Source: Chiloscyllium plagiosum (Eukaryota). From it: DNA of 64,000 bases. Position numbers and translations under genes: made by a program. Where the stretch lies: NCBI RefSeq assembly GCF_004010195.1, contig NC_057719.1, positions 56,244,123 through 56,308,122 on the forward strand, in the 5' to 3' direction. The notes beneath the pieces were generated by a model. That model ran no database searches, was not told the DNA's origin, and worked only from the letters and a program-made list of their open reading frames with translations. Position 1 is the stretch's first letter, and each line of letters opens with the position of its first letter. Positions 51,398 through 63,045 of this stretch are shown here, piece by piece.

Positions 51398-51711
51398 GTA
51401 AGATTGAAATTCTTTACCTGTTTCCTTACCTGCCTTCACGTTTTCATTGGTAGAATGGAATCTTATGCTATGTTGTATATTCTAAAGTTAAAAAATTTGC
51501 ATTTTGTTTTATAAATGTCCAAAGTAAGATTTCTGTTTAGAATGTGATTTTGTTTGATCTTATTGGCATGTATTTAGCTTTAGTTTGCAATTTAACGTGT
51601 ACTAGGAATGCTGTGAAGTTTTAATTTGTGATGCGTTTTTTTAAAGAAGAAAATTTAAAAATAAAAGAACTTGCTGCAAATAACTCTACTGTTATTTTCT
51701 TACTTAAATAG

Positions 51712-51780
51712 ACGTGGACTCTCTGACAGCGGAGGAGGTCCCCCAGCTAAACAGAGAGATTTAGATGGGGCACTCAGCAG
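51712..51780 (+). CDS. PNN: Pinin exon 3 (RGLSDSGGGPPAKQRDLDGALS-R)
   Basis: aatag acceptor, gtatgt donor, 69 nt. Confidence 0.95.
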
Positions 51781-52948
51781 GTATGTTATCTTTTATCATA
51801 AACCCTTCCAGTGTGACATTCGACTTTGTGCAGTCCTCTGCAAGAATTATACAGTCAAAACAACTGCTTATTACACTGACTTGAGAGTTAATGTTTTGGA
51901 TATATTTAATTTTGAATGAGTATTCTGTCCAAAAATAAAGTAGAGATGCAGAGGTGAATTCTTGCTTAGTAAATTCAAATAAGTAGCCCTTCTGTATTGT
52001 ACCATATCTAGGCTTGGCAAAAAGAGTAACCTGAATTTCATTATTAATTTCCACAGAAGAATCCTTATGACATCTTTTCAAAATATAGTAAAATTAATCT
52101 ACCAAAGAATCCACAAAATTTGGGCAAGTGGTTAATGGCATCATTATTCAGTCATTCTTGAGACAAGTATGTGTGTTTTTAATGTGTTTTCCCAGTTTCT
52201 TCTCCAATATATTTGGTAACATAATTGAAGTATACAACACAAAAGGAAGTCATCAATCTCTATCCAACCTAATTCCAGTTTCTAGTCCTCAGTCCATTCA
52301 CTGAACAGATGTGGGTGGCATTGGCTGGGCAGCATTCATTGCCCATCCCTAATTATCCAAAGGACAGTTAAGAGTCAGCCACATTGCGGTGGGTCTGAAA
52401 TCACTTATAGGCCATACCAGGTAAGGATTACAGTCTCCTTCTCTCAAGAATATTAGTGAACCAAGTGGTTTTTCCTGACAAATTGACAATGGTTTCATGG
52501 TGGTCTTTGGACCACTGCAGATTTTTATTAAATTCAAATCCTACTATCTACTGCGGTGGGATTCAAACCTGTTTCCTGGGTTAGCAGTCTAGCAATTAAT
52601 ATCGTTTGACCATCGCTTCCCTCTAAACTATTAAAGTGCCCATTATGCTTTCTTAATCATATTTTCTACATGCTTTGCTACCTCCAGGGATTTGTCAGCG
52701 TGTACATCAAGGCCCCATTGTTCCTCTATCTTAATCTAACCCTTGTTTTTTTTTCCTTCGTTGATGGCTGTAATAGCAATTCTATTAAGCAAATGTCAAA
52801 ATTATCTTGGGCTTCTCACATTTCGAATCCTTCACACTTGTTAAACACTCTTATAAGACTGCTTTGACTAACTTGATGAAGTTAAGTTTGTAACTTAATT
52901 TGTAAAATTAATAAGCATGAGGAGGCAGTTGCATAATGTCACTACTAG

Positions 52949-53111
52949 AGACACTACTAGAGATTAGAGACACCCTCCTCATTCCTGAAGAAGGGCTTAT
53001 GCCCGAAACGTCTATTCTCCTTCTCCTTTGATGCTGCCTGACCTGCTGCGCTTTTCCAGCAACACATTTTTAAGCTTTGATCCCCAGCATCTGCAGTCCT
53101 CACTTTCTCCT
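52949..53111 (+). mobile_element. 163-bp non-autonomous Penelope-type insert with hammerhead core and 13-bp TSD
   Basis: ATGTCACTACTAG at 52936-52948 and 53112-53124; CTGAAGA-A-GGGC-TTAT-GCCC-GAAACGTC at 52985-53012. Confidence 0.8.
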
Positions 53112-54724
53112 ATGTCACTACTAGTAGTCCAGCATGCGGACACAGGTTCAGTCCCACTATATCAATTTCAATTAAATAATCTAATTAATAAAATTAAAAT
53201 ATAAAGTCACTTTCAGTGTTGGTGATATGAATCTTTTAAATCAATTGTTATAAAAACAGATTTGGTTTATGAATGTCCTTCAGGAATTGTCCTGCTAATC
53301 CTACCTGGTCTGGCCTCCGTGTAATTCCAGATCCACAGTGTTTGATTCTGAAAAATTCAAGCAAGTCATATGATTCAGCTAGTTAAGAAAGGGCAGTAAA
53401 TGCTGCTTTTCCACTGCGTCCCACATCACATGAAAGTAATTTTTAAGACTTGCTTGAACAATTCATTGAATTGTTTAGAGCTTTTAGGCATATAATATTG
53501 CAAGATCCAGAATGGAATTTTGAGTCAAATTTGCAATAAATGGGGTAAGCATTAAGTACAAGTCCCTGACCTGTACTCAAAAGTAACCTTTGGAGTAAAG
53601 GAGTCTCCATGGTAATCACATTACTGTCATAGTATGGGTACCTAGTAAAGTAATGTGACTAATGATACACAATGGCACATCACATTCCTTCCTGCAAGTG
53701 TCCATGCTGAATGTAGATGATCAAAAAGATACCTAGAAAATAGGAGCATAGTATGTGTACTCTATTCCACTACTCAATGTGAGCATGGTTGATCATCTGA
53801 CTAAGTACAGTGTTCCTGCTTTTGCCCGACATCCTTTGAAGCTTTTAGTCTGAAGAATTATATCTTCTCTTGAAAACCTGGTGTTTGGGCCTCAGCTGTT
53901 TCTGTGGCAGAGAATTCCACCTCTCCGCCTCCCCCTCCCCACCACCAATCTATTGCCATTCAAATAATCTGCTTTTTTTGTTTTTGCTACCAAAAACCTT
54001 GCATTAACTACATTATGCTTCATCTGCCATGCGTTTGCCTACTCACTGAATTTGTCCAAATCAAACTAAAATTATCTAACAATGAAAAAAGTATGTTGTT
54101 GAGGAAGCTTTTGAGCTCGAAGGCATTTCCTGGGATCTGCATTGCACTGAAGGTTGCCTAATCAGCGACTGTATTGAAATTCTATAATTGTCGCTCCTAA
54201 TACCATTGAATCTTTTTAATTAGGATAAATTTATGTTCATTGAAAACCCTGTATTTTTAATGTATATGTATTTTTGTATGGACTTTTATAAAAATCTATC
54301 CACAACCTGATTTCAGTTGATTATCTATATTGGACCTTTCTACATACATTTTAGATTAGATTCTGTATTTATTTTTTAAAAATTGATACAAACTTCACCA
54401 ACTTGATATCACATTGCCAACCCCAGGTTTCCTTTGTACAATAATTTATCTATCTTAAACACTTCAAAAGGCAGTTAAATCAATTAAACATTGCAAGATT
54501 TGAGTGTACATAGGCCAGAACTGCCGAAGGCTTGTATACTTCCTCAAAGACAATCATGAACTAATTGTGATTTTATAGCAGATGACAGATTTCTGGTCAC
54601 TTTTGCTAGTGCAAACACTATTTCTAGGTTTTTTAAAGTTAGTTTAAAATTCCAAACTGACATTATGGGATTGAACTTATCATCTATGAAATATAAATTT
54701 GTCTTTGGATGGTATGTGTAGAAC

Positions 54725-56275
54725 CTCAGGAAATGGGGGACATATTTAGTGAGTACTTTGCATCCGTGTTTACTGTGGAGAAAGATAAAGCTAGAGAACT
54801 TGGGGAAATAAATAGCAACACCTTGAAAGTCCATATTACAAAGGTGGTGGTGCTGGACATCTAAATGTGTAGAGGTGAATAAATCCTGAGGACCTGATCA
54901 GGTATACCCTAGAGAAGTGATTGCTGGGCCCTTTGATATATTTGTATCATCGATAGCCGCAGGTGAGGTTCAGGAAGATTGAAGGTCGGCTAACATAGTG
55001 CCACTATTTAAGAAAGGTGATCAGGAAAAGCCAGGGAACTATAAACCGGTGAGTCTGACATCAGGGCAAGTTATCGGAGGAGATCCTGGGACAAGAATTG
55101 CACATGTTTGGAAAGGCAAGGGCTGATAGTCTTCATGATACTCGTGTGGGAAATTATCTGTCTAATTTGATTTGAGTTTTTTTGAAGAAGTAGTGAATAG
55201 GTTTGAGGGCAGAGCGATGGATGTGATCTATATGGACTTCAGTAAGGCTTTTGACAAGGTTCCTCGTGGCAGACTGGTTAGCAAGGATATATTGCATGGA
55301 ATACATGAGAACTAGCCATTTGGATGCAGAACTGGCTCGAAGATAGAAGACAGATGGTGGTGGAGGGTTGCTTTTCGTACCGGAGGCCTGTGATCAGTGA
55401 TGTGCCACGAGGATCAGTGTTGGGTCCACTGCTTTTTGTCATTTGTGTAAATGATTTGGATGTGAACATATGACTTATGACTAGTAAGCTTGCAGATTGC
55501 ACCTAAATTGGTAGAGTAGTGGACAGCTAAGAAGGTGACCTCCGAATATATCGGGACCATGATCAGATGGGTTGAGGAGTGGCAGATGGAATTTAAATTA
55601 GATAAATATGAGGTGCTGCCTTTTGGAAAGGCAAATGAGGGCAGGACGTCTGCACCTTAATGGTAAGGACCTAAGGGGTGTTGTTGAACAAAGTGCAGGT
55701 TTGTAGTTCCTTGAAAGTAGAGTCGCAGGTAGACAGGATAGTGAAGGTGGTGTTCGGCATGCTTGCCTTTATTGGTCAGTACATTGAGTATAGGAGTTGG
55801 GATGTCATGGTGCCGCTGTACATGGCATTGATTAGGCCACTTTTGGAATACTGCTTTCAATTTTGATCCCTCGGCTACAGGAAGGATGTTGTGAAACTTG
55901 AAAGGGTTCAGAAAAAATTAATAAGAATGTTGCCAGGGTTGGAGAGGCTGAATAAGCTGGGACTATTTTCCCTGGAGCGTCAGAGGCTGAGGGTTGACCT
56001 TCTAGAGGTTTATAAAATTGTGAGGGGCATGGGTATGGTAAATAGCCAATGTCTTTTCCCCAGGGTAGCAGTCCAAAACTAGAGGCCATAGGGGAAAAAT
56101 ATACAAGGGACCTAAGGAGCAACTTTTCACACATCGGTTGGTGTCTGCATGGAACAAGGAGATGAGTGAGGCTGGTACAATGACAACACTTAAAAGGCAT
56201 CTGGGTTTGTACCGATATAGGCTAAGGGCTGCCAAATGGGATTAGATACATTGGGATGTCTGGTCAATGTGGACT
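54725..56275 (+). mobile_element. Decayed CR1-type LINE ORF2 (same family as 14618-16656)
   Basis: PGNYKPVSLTS, YMDFSKAFDKVP and KLERVQKK motifs. Confidence 0.88.
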
Positions 56276-57503
56276 ATTAAACATGTTTTCTGTACCAGCC
56301 TTATCCTTTTCTGTTTTCTCACCCCAAACCACCACTACCACTATTTTAAGGACTCCCCAGGAACAGTAGCAAATTTTCCCCCCAAGAATATTGATTCCCT
56401 TCCAATTTAGATGTAGGTCATTTCTACCCTGAAGAGACCACAAAAGTGTGAAACCTTGCCCCCTTCATCAGCTCCTCAGCTACGCATTCATCTGCAATAT
56501 CCTCCTTGGCTTGAGCGGATCTAAAAGCAGTTTTTTTTTCCTTCCCAAAGGGCACAATTTAGCATGTCTGTAGACCCTTTTGGGGAAAAGTATCTTCACT
56601 TTGAGGTCTATTTGGGTAGAGCCAAGCTATTTTTCGAAGAGCCTTTACGAATTATAGTTGACCCAAAATGTCCTTTTTTCAAAAAACCAGTTGGTCCTGA
56701 GATCAAGGATTCCCGACTTGTATGTCTTCCTGAATATTGCACCTCCAAATTCAATATTCCCACACTTAATATTACCCTTCAGTCAACTGCATCCAAGGTG
56801 TGAAGTTACTCTACATACCACAAAATACTTGGAACTGCATTCCTGATGAAGGGCTTCTGCCCAAAATGTCGATTCTCCTGCTCTTTGGATGCTACCTGAC
56901 TTGCTGTGCTTTTCTAGCACCACTCTAATCTTGACTCTGATCTCCAATACCGACAATCCTCGCTTTCGTCTTGGAACTACCTTCAGCGATTTAAGTTCGA
57001 TACACTAATGCTAAAATCTGTATTTTTAATTAGTGATCTCTCACTTGTACAATCTTCTGAAATTCTCAGCTATGTAATCAGCATGCAGACTTGCATCTGC
57101 TCTTACCAAATCAGGCCTACCATGCCCACATCATATGAACAAACAAAATCAGCAACAAGATTTGGAATTGTTTCCAAAAGAACAGCTAATCATCACTGGA
57201 AATGTGCAACATTCAACAAGAATCAGACCTTTTTTTTCCGCTAGAAAATAAAAATAATTATTTCATCCCACTGTGCCTCTTGATGATCAAATCATACTTG
57301 GGGAGCTGTGGGTGCTTCATATTTGTAGTCTGATTATAATAGAAACATGTCGACAGAAGTCAAAGTTGAGTATTTAGATTTTAGTGCAGGGTGCAAACAA
57401 ATGCACTATGTAGAAGTGATAATGTTTTTGCTGCATGCAAATTAAGAGTCAAGTGCATGAATAAATTATATTTCAAAATCCAATTGGTGCTCTCTTTTAA
57501 TAG

Positions 57504-57576
57504 GCTGGGAGATCGTCGATCTAGGAGAGAGTCACGTCAAGACAGCGACGCAGAGGATGATGAAGATACAAAAAAA
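57504..57576 (+). CDS. PNN: Pinin exon 4 (LGDRRSRRESRQDSDAEDDEDTKK)
   Basis: taatag acceptor, AAA/gtattg donor, 73 nt, frame-consistent. Confidence 0.94.
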
Positions 57577-57649
57577 GTATTGCTTAATTGCAAAATAAAA
57601 CTTCTGCTCATTATTGATTCAGTTGATAGATAATTTGTACCTTTTTATT

Positions 57650-59560
57650 CATTCATTGAATGTGGAAAGTGGCAAGGATTTATTTCTCATTCCTCACAAC
57701 CCTGGAGGAGATGTGGTGAGTTCGCTTCTTGAACCACTGCAGTTCCTCGGGGCATGGGGATTGACACCCACAGTGCTGTTGGGGAGTTCCAGACATCTGA
57801 CCGAGTGACAATTAGAAGTGACGATATACTTCCAAGTGGGGATAGTGTAGGATCTGGGCTGGAACTTGCAAATGATTATGTTCCTAAGCATCTGCTTGCC
57901 TTTCTCGTTCAAAGTTTTCCAAATCCTTATCCACTGTGACCCCATTTCATGTCTTGAAAATGATCAAGCCCTCCTTGATGAGAATAGACATCTAATGATG
58001 TGGGAAATTGGGGCAGAGCACTGACAGCCATATCTGCCTTAGAGCTCGTTCCAACAACAAATACAGCCCTGTAAACCCTGCAGACAACTCCTAACCTACA
58101 TCTGTAAGCTTCTCAAAATTGAGGGAATTGTAATACTGATTAGTTGAGCAATAGCTTAACACTATGTATGATGCTGAGAGTATGACTGAAGACATCATCA
58201 CCATCCCAAGGTGAATCTTGTCCTAAGGGATGGATGCCAGTCAATCAGGTTGCTTTCTCCTGGATAATGTTGTTCTGCGTGAATATTGTTGTAACTATAC
58301 CTCTCCATTTGAGTGGTGAAAATGTTATGTTTGTGGTTCTTGAACTTTAGAATTCTATAAAGAACAAAATCCCAGACATAGCAATTGGCTGAACCACAAA
58401 CTTACTAAATCCTTTAAATGCTCCTAAATCCCTGATATGATACCTTTCAGATAGTCTGAATGACACAGCATCTTGATCTGATTCACCTTATTTTAAGTCC
58501 CTCCGCTCTTCCTGAAAGCTCCATCACCATGACTTGTTAGGGGAAAAAGCTTTGAAATAAAATCTCACACTTCAACCCAAACCTTACTTAATTTGGTGAT
58601 GGTTATGCCATTGAATGTAAAGGGGCAATGTCTAGATTCTCTTGTTGTGCTGGTCAATGATCATCTTCTTGTGTAGCCTGATTGTTGCTTACCACTTAAC
58701 AACCCAAGCTATCATGTTATCCTGACCAGTTGTCTCTCACTGCATGAGTCGCAAATGGTGCTGTCCAGTATACTGTGTAATCAATAGTGAATACCCTACT
58801 TCTGACCTTATGATGGACTTGTATGGTAATTGGTGTAACTGAAAATGTTTGGGTTCAGGACATTACCTTGATAACCTCCTGCAAGAATCTCCTGGAAGTG
58901 AGTTGATTGACTTCCAACTACCATAACCCACCTTCCTTCGTACTAGCTAGACTCCAGCCAGTGGAGGATTTTTCCCCACTAACTATTGTGTTTTTAGCAT
59001 TCCTTGTTGTCAGACTTGGTTGAATGTGGCTTTAAGGACTGTCACTTTCACATCACCCCTGAAGTTCTGCTCCTCTTCTGTGCTTGGATGAATATTGTAA
59101 CTAGGTTAGCTACTGAGTGGTACTGACAATGCAAAATGAAGATTATTGAGCAGCTTACTGCTGGACTTGTCAGCAATATGATGTCTTTCTTGACTCAGCC
59201 AGTTCAGTCAATGCAGGTGATAACCAGTCACGTTTGGTGATAGACCTTTGAATCCCTCTGCTTCAAGTTGGTTGGATTGGTAGATATGAATTAGCAGGAG
59301 ATTTCCTTGCTAATATTTGACTTGCGGCCATAAGATTGTGGCAGCTGGCGTGAATGTTGAGGACTACCATGCCAACCTGTTCTTGATTCTATCCCACTGT
59401 TGCAGTCCTGGAGGGGTCTTTCATGCCCCTGGAACAAGACATCCCTGGGATGCGTTGATGATGTCTTAGACATTGCCATAATTATGGAAACATATTGTAG
59501 ACAATGTCAGGCTATTCCGTCATTAGACTGTTGTGCATCTCTCTCAATTTGATACAAAAG
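57650..59560 (-). mobile_element. Highly decayed LINE remnants (family of 45670-46900)
   Basis: Reverse-complement similarity, e.g. CTTCTTGAACCACTGCAG, ATATACTTCCAAGT, CTTCTGACCTTATG. Confidence 0.5.
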
Positions 59561-60158
59561 GGAGGACTTTACAGGTTTGCTGTTATGGTGATCCCTAAGG
59601 CAGAAATTGTGCTCTGTCTCAATTTTCCCCTGTCTTTCTCAGGTCAACTTTACACGATCACCGTTTATCAGATCTCACAGAGGGAACCACGAATCAGGCT
59701 ATTCCCAGATCTTTGTAAAATTCAGTACAAACATAACAATATTAACTCCAAAGTTGCTTTGGTAGACTTGGGCTAGACAGGAGCTTTGCAAGCAAGTAGA
59801 TTTTGGATGTCAGTGAAGAAATGTATTTTTAAAAAATGAAAGAACAATGGATGCTTGAATTCCAAAAGAAAAATAAAATTGCTGGAGAAACTCAGCGAGT
59901 CTGGCAGCATCTGTGGAGAGAAAGAAAACTTAACATTTTGGTCCTAGTGACCCATCTTCAGAACTGATTCTACAATCTGTTCTGAAGAGTTCTGGTAGGT
60001 TCCACTAAAATGCTGCCATAGTTGAACTGCCTACTGGCAATCAGAGTACAGGGTCTATTGCTATAGAAGTGTCTCCAGTGACTTGGCTTTTCCCATTAAA
60101 AAGATAGTGACAAATGTTTGCTGAAGTGAAATTATTAATTTCAGTCTGTTCTTTATAG

Positions 60159-60253
60159 CCAGCGTTGCAGTCTTCTGTTGTTGCTACCTCCAAAGAAAGA
60201 ACACGCCGAGACCTTATTCAAGATCAAACAATGGATGAAAAGGGCAAAGAAAG
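60159..60253 (+). CDS. PNN: Pinin exon 5 ([32 protein letters not shown])
   Basis: tttatag acceptor, AG/gtatct donor, 95 nt. Confidence 0.96.
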
Positions 60254-60806
60254 GTATCTCTACTTCACAGTATAGTCGTCAAAAATTAACCCCTTTTGGA
60301 ACTTATTACGAAAAAGACTTCGCACATTTTCTAGACGATACTTGGTTTCAACTTCTGTTTCTATTGATGTATAGAGTATGTACAAGGAGGATAAATAGCA
60401 CTCCAGTCTTGGACCAGTGTAATTTACTAGTCTGCACCGGTGTAAACTAAAGCTACAAATTGTATGTAATCTGATTTTTTTTTTTTGGTGTGCGCGCAAA
60501 AGTAACCAAGCGGTTTTACTTGGCTATGAGCACTTAATTCAAAGCTGAACTGGAAGTGGTTTGAGCAGTTGTTGTTAACGCATTTTGTTTTTTAAGAATA
60601 ACTATTTACTGCTAACTCAAATGTTGTTAGTCAGAAGTCCTACTGCTAGAGGAGTATTTAATGGTTAAAAACTCTACAACCCCAGGAATAAATTGTAATA
60701 TCATCATACTTGATGAATTTATTTTGCAGTATATTCTTGACAAGTTTTTGGTCCAATTCCAAAGCAACAAGTACAAAGTGTCTAATTGCTGTCTTCTACT
60801 TAATAG

Positions 60807-60882
60807 GAATCGGCGGATGTTTGGCCTGTTGATGGGTACACTGCAAAAATTCAAACAGGAATCTAATGTTGCAACTGAGAGG
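60807..60882 (+). CDS. PNN: Pinin exon 6 (NRRMFGLLMGTLQKFKQESNVATER)
   Basis: taatag acceptor, AGG/gtatat donor, 76 nt; RNRR.FG.L.GTLQKF motif of the pinin/SDK/memA domain. Confidence 0.97.
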
Positions 60883-62397
60883 GTATATTTTTCTTTGTAT
60901 TTGCTCTTCACTTTCTGGATTTTGCATCGAGAATTTGGGTCCTGATTATTACAGTACAACAACGGTATCTGAAAATATTTCAGATAAATCAAAATAGAGT
61001 GCAACAGATGTCATTATGGATCAGTTTCTACCTCAAAAATGCATGTACACAATCTTTGTAACTTTTTAAATTATGGCAAACTCGAATGTGTCTCAAATTT
61101 TGTTCCAATCCCATGCAGTATTCTGTCTCCAGGCAGAAGAAAACTGCGATTATTATATTTGCTGTGATTTAGTGAGGATCAGGGTTATTATTTACCACGA
61201 ACAGTAGATCTGGACCAGTTCAGAATGACATGCTGTATTAGTTAAATGCAACATTAATGAAGAGCATCTATTTCCATGTTCACTTTACAGTAATTTTTAA
61301 TGAAATGCTGAGCCGCAGTTTAAATTTGAATCAGAGGTGTAATGTACATATTTTAACTGTGCTGAGTGGCTCTAAATGATGCCATGTGAATAATTATTTG
61401 GATTTTGCCAGTCAGGAAGTGCTCCCCATAGGGAGAGATTTAATGACAAATAATGATTCAGATCCTGAAGACTTACAAAATATTCTCGCTTGTTAAAACT
61501 AATCATTGTATCACTTGGTGATGAATTTGAACATGGCCCAAGGATGATAGGACAAAGTGCTGACTCGCTCTTTTCTGGTCCCCCAGATCCATTCATAAAA
61601 TGTTGACTTCAATTTCTGTTGAACTGTGCTAATGATTTCAGTGGTGTTTCTCAACGATTAAAACAAACTAAATATTTGATAGTGTGCTGAATAACTGTCA
61701 TGCCAAAAAATGTTCCTTTGTCCAGTGGTGATTCTTGGGCTCACTTTAAGCACTTCAATTAGTGTATTGTTTCTTAGATTGCAGCTCGTTGTCCAAGGCG
61801 ACATGTAAGTTTACTTAAAAATTATTCTGTACGGCTGTATAATCCGTAACTTCATTACTTTGGTGATCTCTGAAGATTTTGGTTGATTCTTCAGAAATCC
61901 TATTGATTCAAACGTTTTTGTATCATTCTACAGTGTACCAATCTGTGCTATTTAAGTTCAGTACAAATTGTGCATCGCATTGAACCTAAAGGCTTTGTAA
62001 GAGGATGTTACTTACCTATGAAATATATATGCACACATGCAATGCTAGTATGTTGAATAAGTTGTCGGCATACTTAAGCATTGATGCAACCGAAAGATGT
62101 GTGTTTGCCTCTGGTGCCCTTGAATAATGTCTGTCTTAATGGCAGTTCGACCACACTTGACCGTGAAGATTGACTGCATAGTTCATTCTACTTAAATGTA
62201 CAAATTTGGTGATTTCATGGTTATTACTTGCATTTAAGATATGTTAACAAAACCTTTGCAGTATTTAACAGTTTTCTGTGCTATTATCAGAGTAAGTTGA
62301 GAGAAAGCTAGACATGAAATTCTGGTGATAATATGAATGGCAAGATGCAGCTGGCATAAAATTACTCTTCTGAATTAAATTTATTTTGATGTGGACG

Positions 62398-62580
62398 TGC
62401 TGGTGTTGGACTGGGGTGGGCAAAGTCAGAAGTCACGTGACACCAGGTTATAGTCCAGCAGGTTTATTTGAAATCACAAGCTTTTGGATCGCTGCTCCAT
62501 TGACTAAGGAGCAGTGCTCAGAATGCTTGTGATTTAAAATAAACCTCTTAGGCTAAGCATGGTGTCATGTAACTTATGAT
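62398..62580. mobile_element. Fold-back Penelope-type terminal repeat
   Basis: Arms 62426-62498 and 62508-62579 are imperfect reverse complements; same family as 3533-3705. Confidence 0.7.
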
Positions 62581-62670
62581 TTCTTGTTTTAAATTCTCAG
62601 ATATGAACATTGTAGAGTTGAGGTTGAAAATTCTTGAGTTTTGATGCTTTTTTTTTTCCCTTACCAACAG

Positions 62671-62826
62671 CAAAAAAGACGTCAGGAAATAGAGCAGAAA
62701 CTTGAAGTGCAAGCTGAAGAAGAACGTAAACAAGTAGAAAATGAAAGGAGAGAATTATTTGAGGAGCGTCGTGCTAAACAAACTGAGCTAAGACTTCTAG
62801 AACAAAAAGTGGAACTGGCCCAGTTG
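62671..62826 (+). CDS. PNN: Pinin exon 7 ([52 protein letters not shown])
   Basis: Strong polypyrimidine tract and cag acceptor, gtagga donor, 156 nt. Confidence 0.97.
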
Positions 62827-62906
62827 GTAGGAATTTGTTGTCTGCATAGGAAATTGGTGAATTTTGCATTCGCTTGATCTTTAATGTTTCTTCCTTTTTC
62901 AAACAG

Positions 62907-63045
62907 CAAGATGTATGGAATGAACATAATTTAAAAATAATCAAGTACATCAGAACCAAGACAAAGCCTCATTTATTTTATATACCTGGTAAACATTGTC
63001 CAGCTACTCAAAAACTTTTGGATGAATCCCAAAGGAAGATGAATG
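62907..63045 (+). CDS. PNN: Pinin exon 8 ([46 protein letters not shown]); gene continues past the window
   Basis: Follows an 80-nt intron; aacag acceptor, gtaagt donor, 139 nt; [14 protein letters not shown] motif. Confidence 0.97.

Noticed and set aside
60254..60262. GTATCT donor as a U12-type intron
   Set aside because: Does not match GTATCCTT, and no clear U12 branch consensus was seen before the next acceptor.
60631..60707. Box C/D snoRNA-like spacing (ATGATGA...CTGA) on the minus strand
   Set aside because: It is antisense to the host gene PNN, has only a 2-bp terminal stem and no recognised guide sequence.
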